A stretch of 5,810 bases of DNA from a virus (lineage: Duplodnaviria > Heunggongvirae > Uroviricota > Caudoviricetes). Of the stretch, positions 1 to 5,810 are shown piece after piece. Each line of letters starts with the position of its first letter. Positions within the stretch are counted from its first letter, which is position 1. Location: IMG/VR virus record IMGVR_UViG_2617270975_000015; one strand, given 5' to 3'. Both the position numbers and the translations under genes were made by a program. The notes beneath the pieces are model-generated. The model searched no databases. It was not told where the DNA came from and was given only the letters and a program-made list of their open reading frames with translations.

Positions 1-189
1 AATCTCCCCCTGCATCTCTGCCCGCAGCCAGTCTTCCGGTGCGATACGAAAATACGCCTCCGGCTCTGCGGAAATATTCACACAAGGGATATACCGCTCC
101 CCCTCCGGCGTGCTTATCACGAAGCCGCACGACTCCGCAGGCGCACACCGCCGGGCATGTGCCAGAATCGCTGATTCAGTCTGTGTCAT
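1..189 (-). CDS. K: Tail tip assembly protein K (lambda gpK-like), N-terminal 63 codons only; the gene continues beyond the window start
   Basis: ATG at 189..187 on the minus strand. Translating 189 down to 1 gives MTQTESAILAHARRCAPAESCGFVISTPEGERYIPCVNISAEPEAYFRIAPEDWLRAEMQGEI with no stop, which closely matches the N-terminus of lambda gpK as I recall it. It sits immediately downstream of L in the lambda gene order H-M-L-K. Not in the supplied ORF track because it is truncated by the window edge. Confidence 0.85.
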   Translation of the reverse strand, partial: MTQTESAILAHARRCAPAESCGFVISTPEGERYIPCVNISAEPEAYFRIAPEDWLRAEMQGEI

Positions 190-199
190 AAACCGGGAT

Positions 200-898
200 T
201 TACTGCGAAAGTTTATTAATGGAAAGGAAACCGCCAAAATTGCCGACATTCCTGCGCAGTTCACACCCACGCATGCACTTGCTGCATCTGTCCTTACGGA
301 TATCCGTGGTGGGGTTGTCGAACTCATCCGCCACCGCAGGACCGTTATACCCGCATTCATCTCCCCGGTAATCCCACATACAGGTATTCGCCAGCATAAT
401 GCGACCGGGAAACAGCGCTCCGTCCGTCTCCGTCGGTGTTGCCAGCACAAACGAGGCTGTCATGGCCGTCAGCTCTGACATCTGCTCCACCACCCAGCGG
501 TCGCTCAGCTCCTGCTCCGGGTCCGCTTCCGGATTGCCCGCCACAAAATTCACCGCATCCAGAAAACGGGCATACACCCGGCGGCGGACCACCGTGGCCC
601 CCACCAGGCTCTGCAGGTCCTCCGCCATTCCGGTGACAAGGCCAAACAGATTGGACACCGTCAGCGACGGTCTGGCACTGCTGCCCTTCCCGTTCATCTC
701 AAAGCCGCTGCCGTCAATCGGGTACGCCTGATATTCACGCCCCTGCCAGGTGACCGGCTCCCCTTTTTCATTCAGTTCATTGCAGAAAAAATAGCGCTCA
801 CCGCCCTGCACCGTCAGGTCGATTTCCCAGAGTACCACACGCGGTGACTGCTCTGACTTAACCGACTCGTTCAGGCTTTCTTCGTGAATATCCTGCAT
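200..898 (-). CDS. L: Minor tail protein L (lambda gpL-like), 232 aa
   Basis: The track ORF 200..925 begins at a TTG. The internal ATG at 898..896 gives MQDIHEESLNE..., which aligns with the lambda gpL N-terminus (MQDI...) and gives the lambda-like length of 232 aa. Stop TAA at 202..200. Similarity to gpL runs the whole length, including VVLWEIDL, GERYFFCNE, GRIMLANTC and the C-terminal CSKC..GC..NVGNFGGFLSINKLSQ. The L ATG overlaps the M stop (TGATG at 900..896). Confidence 0.9.
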   Translation of the reverse strand: MQDIHEESLNESVKSEQSPRVVLWEIDLTVQGGERYFFCNELNEKGEPVTWQGREYQAYPIDGSGFEMNGKGSSARPSLTVSNLFGLVTGMAEDLQSLVGATVVRRRVYARFLDAVNFVAGNPEADPEQELSDRWVVEQMSELTAMTASFVLATPTETDGALFPGRIMLANTCMWDYRGDECGYNGPAVADEFDNPTTDIRKDRCSKCMRGCELRRNVGNFGGFLSINKLSQ

Positions 899-1239
899 CA
901 GTTCACCACCTGCTCTATCGTGCAACTGAAATCACTGTACCGGGCATTATCCGTGACACTCCACTCACGGCACACAACCCTCACCGTCCGGTTATGTTTC
1001 GGCGGTCGCCACAAAAAGGCACGGTAACCACCATGCCACGATAAAAACTCTTCCAGCCAGCGCCGGGTTGACTCATCCGTCACCCGGAACACCGCCTGAA
1101 ACGTCTTCAGTTGAGGATTCAGCCCTGTGGGGCGGCGCTGTTCATAACCGTCACCAAACCGCACCCTCACCACCGACGGCTTCTCACTCACCTGCATCCC
1201 TTCACGCGGGACCAGATGCAGCGTTTTTATCTCAGCCAC
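898..1239 (-). CDS. M: Minor tail protein M (lambda gpM-like), about 113 aa, GTG start
   Basis: Minus-strand ORF ending ...FSCTIEQVVN, with RFGDGY and FLW.PP motifs as in lambda gpM. The start codon at 1239..1237 is GTG, preceded by GGAGG with about 8 nt spacing. The GTG overlaps the H stop (GTGGCTGA), consistent with translational coupling. Stop TGA at 900..898. Confidence 0.85.
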   Translation of the reverse strand: MAEIKTLHLVPREGMQVSEKPSVVRVRFGDGYEQRRPTGLNPQLKTFQAVFRVTDESTRRWLEEFLSWHGGYRAFLWRPPKHNRTVRVVCREWSVTDNARYSDFSCTIEQVVN

Positions 1240-4200
1240 TCAGCATTCCTCCGTCACGTCGCATGGACAGCATCACCGCCTGCACCCGCTGGTCAATCAG
1301 CTGCACAAGACTGCCTGCCGCCTCCGGCCCTATCTGGCCATTAGTCCCGTCATTCTGAATGGCGATATGGTAGACCGGGGAATACACCAGGCCCGCACTG
1401 CCGTACATACTACCCACCGCGCGCACACCCAGCGAGCCATCCGCCGCCCGCGTCAGGGGCATAATGGCTTCAGGTCCGGCCTCCCCCATCAGCCCGGCCC
1501 CTTTTGCAAAGGCAAAGTACGTGGGCGTATCCACAATACTGTTGCTGTACGCACTCAGGTTTGCCGAGGTATACACGCCGCCTTTTGCATTGGCCACCGC
1601 CCCGCCCAGCCAGTCACCAATGCTGCCGAGAAATCCTCCCGCACCGGACATACCGTTTGCCGCCGTCTTAATTCCGTTGACAATCGCGGCATTCATAAGA
1701 ACTTTTGATATTTCCTGCAGCACTGATGAGGCCCAGCTGCGCCATTCCACTTTATTTCCGTTCAGCATCTCCGTGATGTTATTCACCATCCCTGAGATAC
1801 CCTCCGTCGCAAGCTGTGCTGCCTGTGAGGCGTAATCGGACGCATTATCCAACCAGTTACTGAGCCCCTCCTGCAAGCCTTTCTGCCAGTCCGCACGCTG
1901 CGCATCCGATTCGGCATAAAAGGCTGCCTGGTCCTTAAGGCGTTCGCTCAGATACTGCGCGTTCTGTGCCCGTGCCTGTCTGTAAAAATCCTCACTGATA
2001 TCCCCGGTCTGATACTGAGACTGAAGGTCCGCATCCTTCTGGCGGAAGCTGTCGCGGATCTGCTGCAACTCCCGCATGCGTTCCCTGGCTCGTTCTCCCT
2101 GCCCGTATCCCAGCAGTTCGGCTTCATTTGATGCACGCGCAGCCACATTATCATTCTTCAGGGTCTCTTCCCGGGATCGCAACTGTTCCCGGATTTTTTG
2201 CTGGTCAATCAGGGCCGCGTTACGCAGCAGTTCCTGCTTCTGCATCTCCGTCAGGGTTTTCAGTTCGCCCTGCGCAGTCTGGTACTTCAGCTTCGCCAGC
2301 TCTGTATTCTGACCCGCCAGTGCCAGTTGCTCTTTCTGCTGCTTCAGTAGCCGGGAAAAACTGTCTTCCGCTTTTTCCGTCTCTGATTTTCCACCCCGGG
2401 ATTTAGGTTTGTTCGCCTCGTTATTACGCCAGGCTTCCAGAGCATTACTGATATAACGCTGTCTCGCCTCCTGATACGAATCCCCCACAAAACCAAGGTC
2501 ATCCGCCGCATACCCCAGCCGGGCACGCTCTTTTTCTTCCCCTTTCAGTCTGGACAGGGCCAGCTCACGCTCTGTTTTTGTCAGGGCACTCTGCTGTTTA
2601 TCATCCAGAGTGGCCTGTGGCAGCCGTAACGGCACATTCACCAGTCCCTGCCGCTGCTGAAGCAGTTCATTACCCAGCCCCAGCAGACGGTTGAATTCCG
2701 TATGCTGACCGTTCATAACCAGCATGGACTGGTACACCTTATTCTGCTCTGCCGCCTGCTGACGAATTAACGCCACACGACGGTCTTCCAGCCCGGCAAG
2801 CACATCCTGAATGGACTGCGCTTTTTCCTGCATCTGTGCCAGACGGGACTGCTCAACGGCAAGCTGCTCTGTTGCCTGAGCAAGCCCTTCCGTTACGGTC
2901 TTCACCGATGTCAGATGGTTTATCATGAATCCGTCACCGGTCGTCCAGCCCGGGTTCGCCAGAACATACTGATATCCTGCGATTTTTTCCTGCAGGGATT
3001 TCACCCGACTGGCCTGTTCATCAATCAGCCGGTTCTGCTCTGTCAGCGCCGCCCGTGTTCGTCCTTCATTATCTGAGGCTTCAGGCAGAGACATTGACGG
3101 CGTTTTATGCGCGATTTCATCTATCGTCAGTGCATACTGGCGCGCAGACTCCCTGGCCTGCTCCTGATTCTGGTACAGCGTGTACCATGCTGCAGCCCCC
3201 AGCATCACCAGTCCGGGTACGCCACCAACCAGCCCCAGCGCACCGCTCATCAGACGTGAGCCCACCGCCGTTGTACTGTTCAGCGCATTCTGGGCGGCGC
3301 TTCTGGCAGCAATATTTCTGTTCAGGCGTTCCTGTGTGGCCGCCAGACGGGCCTCTGCTGCAATCTGCATCTCCGTCCCGCGGGCTGCCGCCACGGCCTG
3401 CTGAGCACGGTACACGGCTGCCCTTGCCCGCGCCGTGGCAATCTGCGTTCCCCTGAACTGTGCTTCCGCCAGTGCAACTTCATTACGTGCAGCCGTCACA
3501 AGTCCTGCCGTGGCAGACACCGCTCCGGAGGCCATATTGCCAAAGTACCGGGCAACCCCGACGGCAACCAGCGCCCCCGCGGCTGTTGCCACATTATCAA
3601 TATTACCGGCAACACCGTTCAGCACGCCGGAGAGCGTTTTTGTCACCCCGCTGGCCTCATTCGCACCACCCACCCAGGCCATAAAGGCGTTTTCCACCTT
3701 TGTGATCCCGTCAGAGACCGTTTCCGGCATGGCCGCGTATTCATCACGCAATACCTCCAGCTGGCTGATTAACGCAGGAACGACTTTATCCGCCGTCAGT
3801 TGACCATCGTCCGCCATCGCCTTCAGATCTTTACGGGCCACGCCCATGCCTGCAGCCAGTGCACGAATGATCCGGTCACCACTTTCATTGACCGAATTAA
3901 ATTCCTCACCGCGCAACACACCCTGTGCCAGCGCCTGGCTGAACTGGGTGATCACCGAACCCGCCTCAGCCGTACTGGCACCGGAGATTTTCAGCCCCGT
4001 GGAAATGGCCTCCGTCACCTTCAGCACATCATCAGCACTGTAACCATATTCACGCATCGAGGCTGCCGAACGGGCAAACAGGGCCGCATTATCCGAAAAA
4101 GCGGTACCTGTCCGCTGACTGATATCCATCAGCACTTTCTGTGATGACGAAAATTCATCGGATGACTGTGATGCCTGTTTCAGACGGGCATTCACGGAAC

Positions 4201-4393
4201 TCCACTCATCCGCCAGTGAAATCAGGTGTCCGGTGGCAAAGGCACCGGCAAACGCACCGGTCATTCCGACAGCCGAAGCGCGGATTTCCGTCAACTGGCT
4301 GTTCAGTTCTGCCAGGGCACGTCGCTGCTCCCGGGCTGCCGCAGCGGCCTGACGCCCGCCATTCTGCAGGGTCCGGTAATATTCACTGCCCAT
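1232..4393 (-). CDS. H: Tail tape measure protein (lambda gpH-like), 1053 aa
   Basis: Single long minus-strand ORF directly upstream of M. Long Ala/Gln/Glu/Arg-rich predicted coiled-coil centre, a hydrophobic segment (GALGLVGGVPGLVMLGAAAW), a Gly-rich C-terminal region, and a C-terminus (NDGTNGQIGP...RRDGGMLSG) resembling the lambda gpH C-terminus. Start ATG at 4393..4391 has a weak Shine-Dalgarno, but an upstream out-of-frame stop overlaps it in a lambda-like T-stop/H-start arrangement (ATGGGCAGTGA). Confidence 0.88.
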   Translation of the reverse strand: MGSEYYRTLQNGGRQAAAAAREQRRALAELNSQLTEIRASAVGMTGAFAGAFATGHLISLADEWSSVNARLKQASQSSDEFSSSQKVLMDISQRTGTAFSDNAALFARSAASMREYGYSADDVLKVTEAISTGLKISGASTAEAGSVITQFSQALAQGVLRGEEFNSVNESGDRIIRALAAGMGVARKDLKAMADDGQLTADKVVPALISQLEVLRDEYAAMPETVSDGITKVENAFMAWVGGANEASGVTKTLSGVLNGVAGNIDNVATAAGALVAVGVARYFGNMASGAVSATAGLVTAARNEVALAEAQFRGTQIATARARAAVYRAQQAVAAARGTEMQIAAEARLAATQERLNRNIAARSAAQNALNSTTAVGSRLMSGALGLVGGVPGLVMLGAAAWYTLYQNQEQARESARQYALTIDEIAHKTPSMSLPEASDNEGRTRAALTEQNRLIDEQASRVKSLQEKIAGYQYVLANPGWTTGDGFMINHLTSVKTVTEGLAQATEQLAVEQSRLAQMQEKAQSIQDVLAGLEDRRVALIRQQAAEQNKVYQSMLVMNGQHTEFNRLLGLGNELLQQRQGLVNVPLRLPQATLDDKQQSALTKTERELALSRLKGEEKERARLGYAADDLGFVGDSYQEARQRYISNALEAWRNNEANKPKSRGGKSETEKAEDSFSRLLKQQKEQLALAGQNTELAKLKYQTAQGELKTLTEMQKQELLRNAALIDQQKIREQLRSREETLKNDNVAARASNEAELLGYGQGERARERMRELQQIRDSFRQKDADLQSQYQTGDISEDFYRQARAQNAQYLSERLKDQAAFYAESDAQRADWQKGLQEGLSNWLDNASDYASQAAQLATEGISGMVNNITEMLNGNKVEWRSWASSVLQEISKVLMNAAIVNGIKTAANGMSGAGGFLGSIGDWLGGAVANAKGGVYTSANLSAYSNSIVDTPTYFAFAKGAGLMGEAGPEAIMPLTRAADGSLGVRAVGSMYGSAGLVYSPVYHIAIQNDGTNGQIGPEAAGSLVQLIDQRVQAVMLSMRRDGGMLSG

Positions 4394-4435
4394 ACGGGAC
4401 GCTCGCTGGATCTCCGACTGGAATGACTGTGAATT
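4383..4435 (-). pseudogene. Possible 3' remnant of the tail assembly chaperone gene T (frameshift-extension part of G-T), truncated by the IS insertion
   Basis: In the minus-strand frame offset from H, an open frame runs from the IS junction down to a TGA at 4385..4383, giving ...FTVIPVGDPASVPYGQ*. This stop overlaps the H start codon in the same frame relationship as the lambda T stop / H start (ATGGCTGA in lambda). Too short to recognise by sequence; the call rests on position and the overlap geometry only. Confidence 0.3.
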
Positions 4436-4488
4436 GTAACCGGCTCATTTAAACCGTCTGGTCTGTTTCCTCCGGCTCTACAAAAATA

Positions 4489-5166
4489 ATGTCCATCATT
4501 TTTAATGGACACTATCGTATGAAACACCGGACCTGGATCACTGAAGCTTTACGTCTTCACTTTGAAGAACATTTACCCCGGGTTGTGGCCGGGCGTCGCC
4601 TGGGTGTACCAAAATCAACAGTTTGTAGTATGTTCGTGCGCTTTCGGAGAGCTGGCCTTTCGTGGCCTTTGCCCGCAGGCATGTCGGAGCAGGAACTTGA
4701 TGCCTGCCTTTACGGACAATTTTCCACGGTACCAGTCGTACGTCCTGAAAGCACCGTTATATCCGAAGCCCCCGTGGTAAAAAAACGTCCCCGGCGGCCC
4801 AACTTCCCTTATGAGTTTAAAATCGCCTTAGTGGAGCAGTCACTGCAGCCCGGAGCCTGTGTGGCGCAGATCGCCCGGGAAAACGGAATCAACGATAACC
4901 TGCTCTTCAACTGGCGCCATCAATACCGGAAAGGTGGCCTGCTGCCTTCCGGAAAAAATATGCCGGCACTGCTTCCCGTGACGTTAACGCCGGAGCCGGA
5001 TAATAAAATCCCGGCCCCCGCACAGGAACCAGAGCAGATAAATACACCGTCCGACAGTCTGTGTTGTGAGCTGGTTCTGCCGGCCGGAACTCTCAGGCTT
5101 AAAGGTAAACTGACGCCGGCGTTATTACAGACACTTATCCGCGAAATAAAAGGGAGCAGCCACTGA
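4489..5166 (+). CDS. tnpA: IS66-family accessory protein TnpA (orfA) with an N-terminal helix-turn-helix-like extension; alternative start at ATG 4519 (MKHRTW...)
   Basis: The C-terminal half (...KKRPRRPNFPYEFKIALVEQSLQPGACVAQIARENGINDNLLFNWRHQYRKGG...) has the conserved IS66 OrfA pattern. The N-terminal ~65 aa (RRLGVPKSTVCSMFVRFRRAGLSWPLP...) looks like a DNA-binding HTH. No strong Shine-Dalgarno precedes either candidate ATG, so the exact start is uncertain. Confidence 0.7.
   Translation: MSIIFNGHYRMKHRTWITEALRLHFEEHLPRVVAGRRLGVPKSTVCSMFVRFRRAGLSWPLPAGMSEQELDACLYGQFSTVPVVRPESTVISEAPVVKKRPRRPNFPYEFKIALVEQSLQPGACVAQIARENGINDNLLFNWRHQYRKGGLLPSGKNMPALLPVTLTPEPDNKIPAPAQEPEQINTPSDSLCCELVLPAGTLRLKGKLTPALLQTLIREIKGSSH
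4490..4511. repeat. Perfect 7-bp inverted repeat TGTCCAT-(8 nt)-ATGGACA spanning the first candidate tnpA start codon
   Basis: Read directly: 4490..4496 TGTCCAT and 4505..4511 ATGGACA are reverse complements, separated by cattttta. It lies across ATG 4489 and 8 nt upstream of ATG 4519. Presence is certain; function (operator or RNA hairpin) is unknown. Confidence 0.5.
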
Positions 5167-5513
5167 TGATATCTCTCCCTGCAGGTTCGCGTATCTGGCT
5201 GGTTGCAGGTATCACCGATATGCGAAATGGCTTTAACGGCCTGGCATCAAAAGTTCAGAACGTCCTGAAGGATGACCCGTTCTCCGGACACCTGTTCATC
5301 TTCCGCGGACGCCGGGGTGACCAGATAAAAGTGTTGTGGGCTGACAGTGACGGACTGTGCCTCTTCACCAAACGCCTGGAGCGGGGCCGCTTCGTCTGGC
5401 CAGTCACCCGTGACGGCAAGGTGCACCTTACTCCGGCTCAGTTATCCATGCTTCTTGAAGGTATCAACTGGAAGCACCCGAAACGAACGGAACGCGCTGG
5501 AATCCGCATATAA
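5166..5513 (+). CDS. tnpB: IS66-family accessory protein TnpB (orfB), 115 aa
   Basis: ATG at 5166..5168 overlapping the tnpA stop; stop TAA at 5511..5513. The sequence is characteristic of IS66 OrfB. This is unrelated to the IS200/IS605 TnpB RNA-guided nuclease. Confidence 0.9.
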   Translation: MISLPAGSRIWLVAGITDMRNGFNGLASKVQNVLKDDPFSGHLFIFRGRRGDQIKVLWADSDGLCLFTKRLERGRFVWPVTRDGKVHLTPAQLSMLLEGINWKHPKRTERAGIRI

Positions 5514-5532
5514 CCCGTTGTAAAGTGAGGAT

Positions 5533-5810
5533 ATGGACACCTCACTTGCTCATGAGAACGCCCGCCTGCGGGCACTGTTGCAGACGCAACAGGACACCAT
5601 CCGCCAGATGGCTGAATACAACCGCCTGCTCTCACAGCGGGTGGCGGCTTATGCTTCCGAAATCAACCGGCTGAAGGCGCTGGTTGCGAAACTGCAACGT
5701 ATGCAGTTCGGTAAAAGCTCAGAAAAACTTCGTGCAAAAACCGAACGGCAGATACAGGAAGCACAGGAGCGAATCAGCGCACTTCAGGAAGAAATGGCGG
5801 AAACGCTGGG
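5533..5810 (+). CDS. tnpC: IS66-family transposase TnpC, N-terminal 92 codons (truncated by the window end)
   Basis: ATG at 5533 preceded by GAGG (5527..5530). N-terminal heptad/leucine-rich region (LRALLQTQQDTIRQMAEYNRLLSQRVAAYASEINRLKALVAKLQRMQFGKSSEKL) typical of IS66 TnpC. The frame is open to the end of the window. Confidence 0.9.
   Translation, partial: MDTSLAHENARLRALLQTQQDTIRQMAEYNRLLSQRVAAYASEINRLKALVAKLQRMQFGKSSEKLRAKTERQIQEAQERISALQEEMAETL

Larger units (their letters stand above)
4436..5810 (+). mobile_element. IS66-family insertion sequence, left part (tnpA-tnpB-tnpC); right end lies beyond the window
   Basis: Three co-directional ORFs with the IS66 organisation: a TnpA-like accessory protein, a 115-aa TnpB (MISLPAGSRIWLVAGITDMRNGFNGLA...) whose ATG overlaps the tnpA stop (TGATG at 5164..5168), and the start of TnpC (MDTSLAHENARLRALLQTQQD..., leucine-zipper-like N-terminus). 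The left boundary is placed at the only GTAA in 4394..4488 (4436..4439), because IS66-family inverted repeats typically begin 5'-GTAA. The boundary is approximate. Confidence 0.8.

Noticed and set aside
200-925. ORF-track start of L at 925 (a TTG codon, 241 aa)
   Set aside because: The internal ATG at 898 gives an N-terminus MQDI... that aligns with lambda gpL, gives a lambda-like 232 aa length and overlaps the M stop codon. The extra 9 codons would run into the M coding region.
4394-4444. Possible upstream extension of the tape measure ORF (the H frame stays open to a TGA at 4447..4445)
   Set aside because: There is no ATG, GTG or TTG in that frame upstream of 4393. The ATG at 4393 is overlapped by an out-of-frame stop in the lambda-like T/H arrangement, and 17 stop-free codons is not significant. 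A 5' truncation of H by the IS cannot be fully excluded.
110-4452. Many plus-strand ORFs of 65 to 133 aa antisense to K/L/M/H (for example 110..478, 1367..1708, 3055..3456, 3435..3803, 4141..4452), plus small minus-strand ORFs in other frames (1948..2154, 2344..2526)
   Set aside because: They lie entirely inside well-supported tail genes, have low-complexity Ala/Pro/Arg/Ser-rich translations typical of off-frame reading of GC-rich coding DNA, and lack start contexts or recognisable motifs. I consider them spurious.
4458-4491. Possible sigma70 promoter for tnpA (a -10-like AATAAT at 4485..4490)
   Set aside because: There is no convincing -35 hexamer at appropriate spacing, and AT-rich hexamers occur by chance. 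Too weak to annotate without transcript data.
4303-4527. Minus-strand 74-aa ORF spanning the H start and the IS left end
   Set aside because: It crosses the phage/IS junction and overlaps the H start region and the tnpA start, with no Shine-Dalgarno and no recognisable motif. Most likely a chance ORF created by the insertion.
4562-5635. Alternative-frame ORFs inside the IS (4562..4780 plus strand; 5438..5635 minus strand)
   Set aside because: They overlap the conserved tnpA and tnpB/tnpC coding frames and show no independent signal, so they are treated as spurious.
1-5810. Search for tRNA, rRNA, CRISPR repeats, toxin-antitoxin or defence-system genes
   Set aside because: No direct-repeat arrays, no tRNA-like structures and no additional ORFs with recognisable defence-system motifs were seen. 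Essentially all of the window is accounted for by the four tail genes and the IS66 element.

Overview
This window is the tail module of a lambda-like (lambdoid) prophage, probably enterobacterial, read on the minus strand, interrupted at its upstream end by an IS66-family insertion sequence on the plus strand. The tail genes run in lambda order: tape measure protein H (1232..4393, 1053 aa), minor tail protein M (898..1239, GTG start), minor tail protein L (200..898) and the first 63 codons of tail assembly protein K (1..189, continues past the window). Stop and start codons of H/M and M/L overlap. Where the tail chaperone genes G/T would be expected upstream of H, there is instead an IS66-type element (left end about 4436, runs off the window at 5810) carrying tnpA (4489..5166), tnpB (5166..5513) and the start of the tnpC transposase (5533..5810). 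Only a short possible 3' remnant of gene T remains next to the H start. I see no rRNA, tRNA or CRISPR array, and no convincing evidence of an undescribed system. The points most worth follow-up are the IS66 insertion at the T/H junction, the N-terminally extended HTH-like TnpA, and the long tape measure protein. All homology statements rest on my reading of the translations and on recalled family knowledge, not on database searches.
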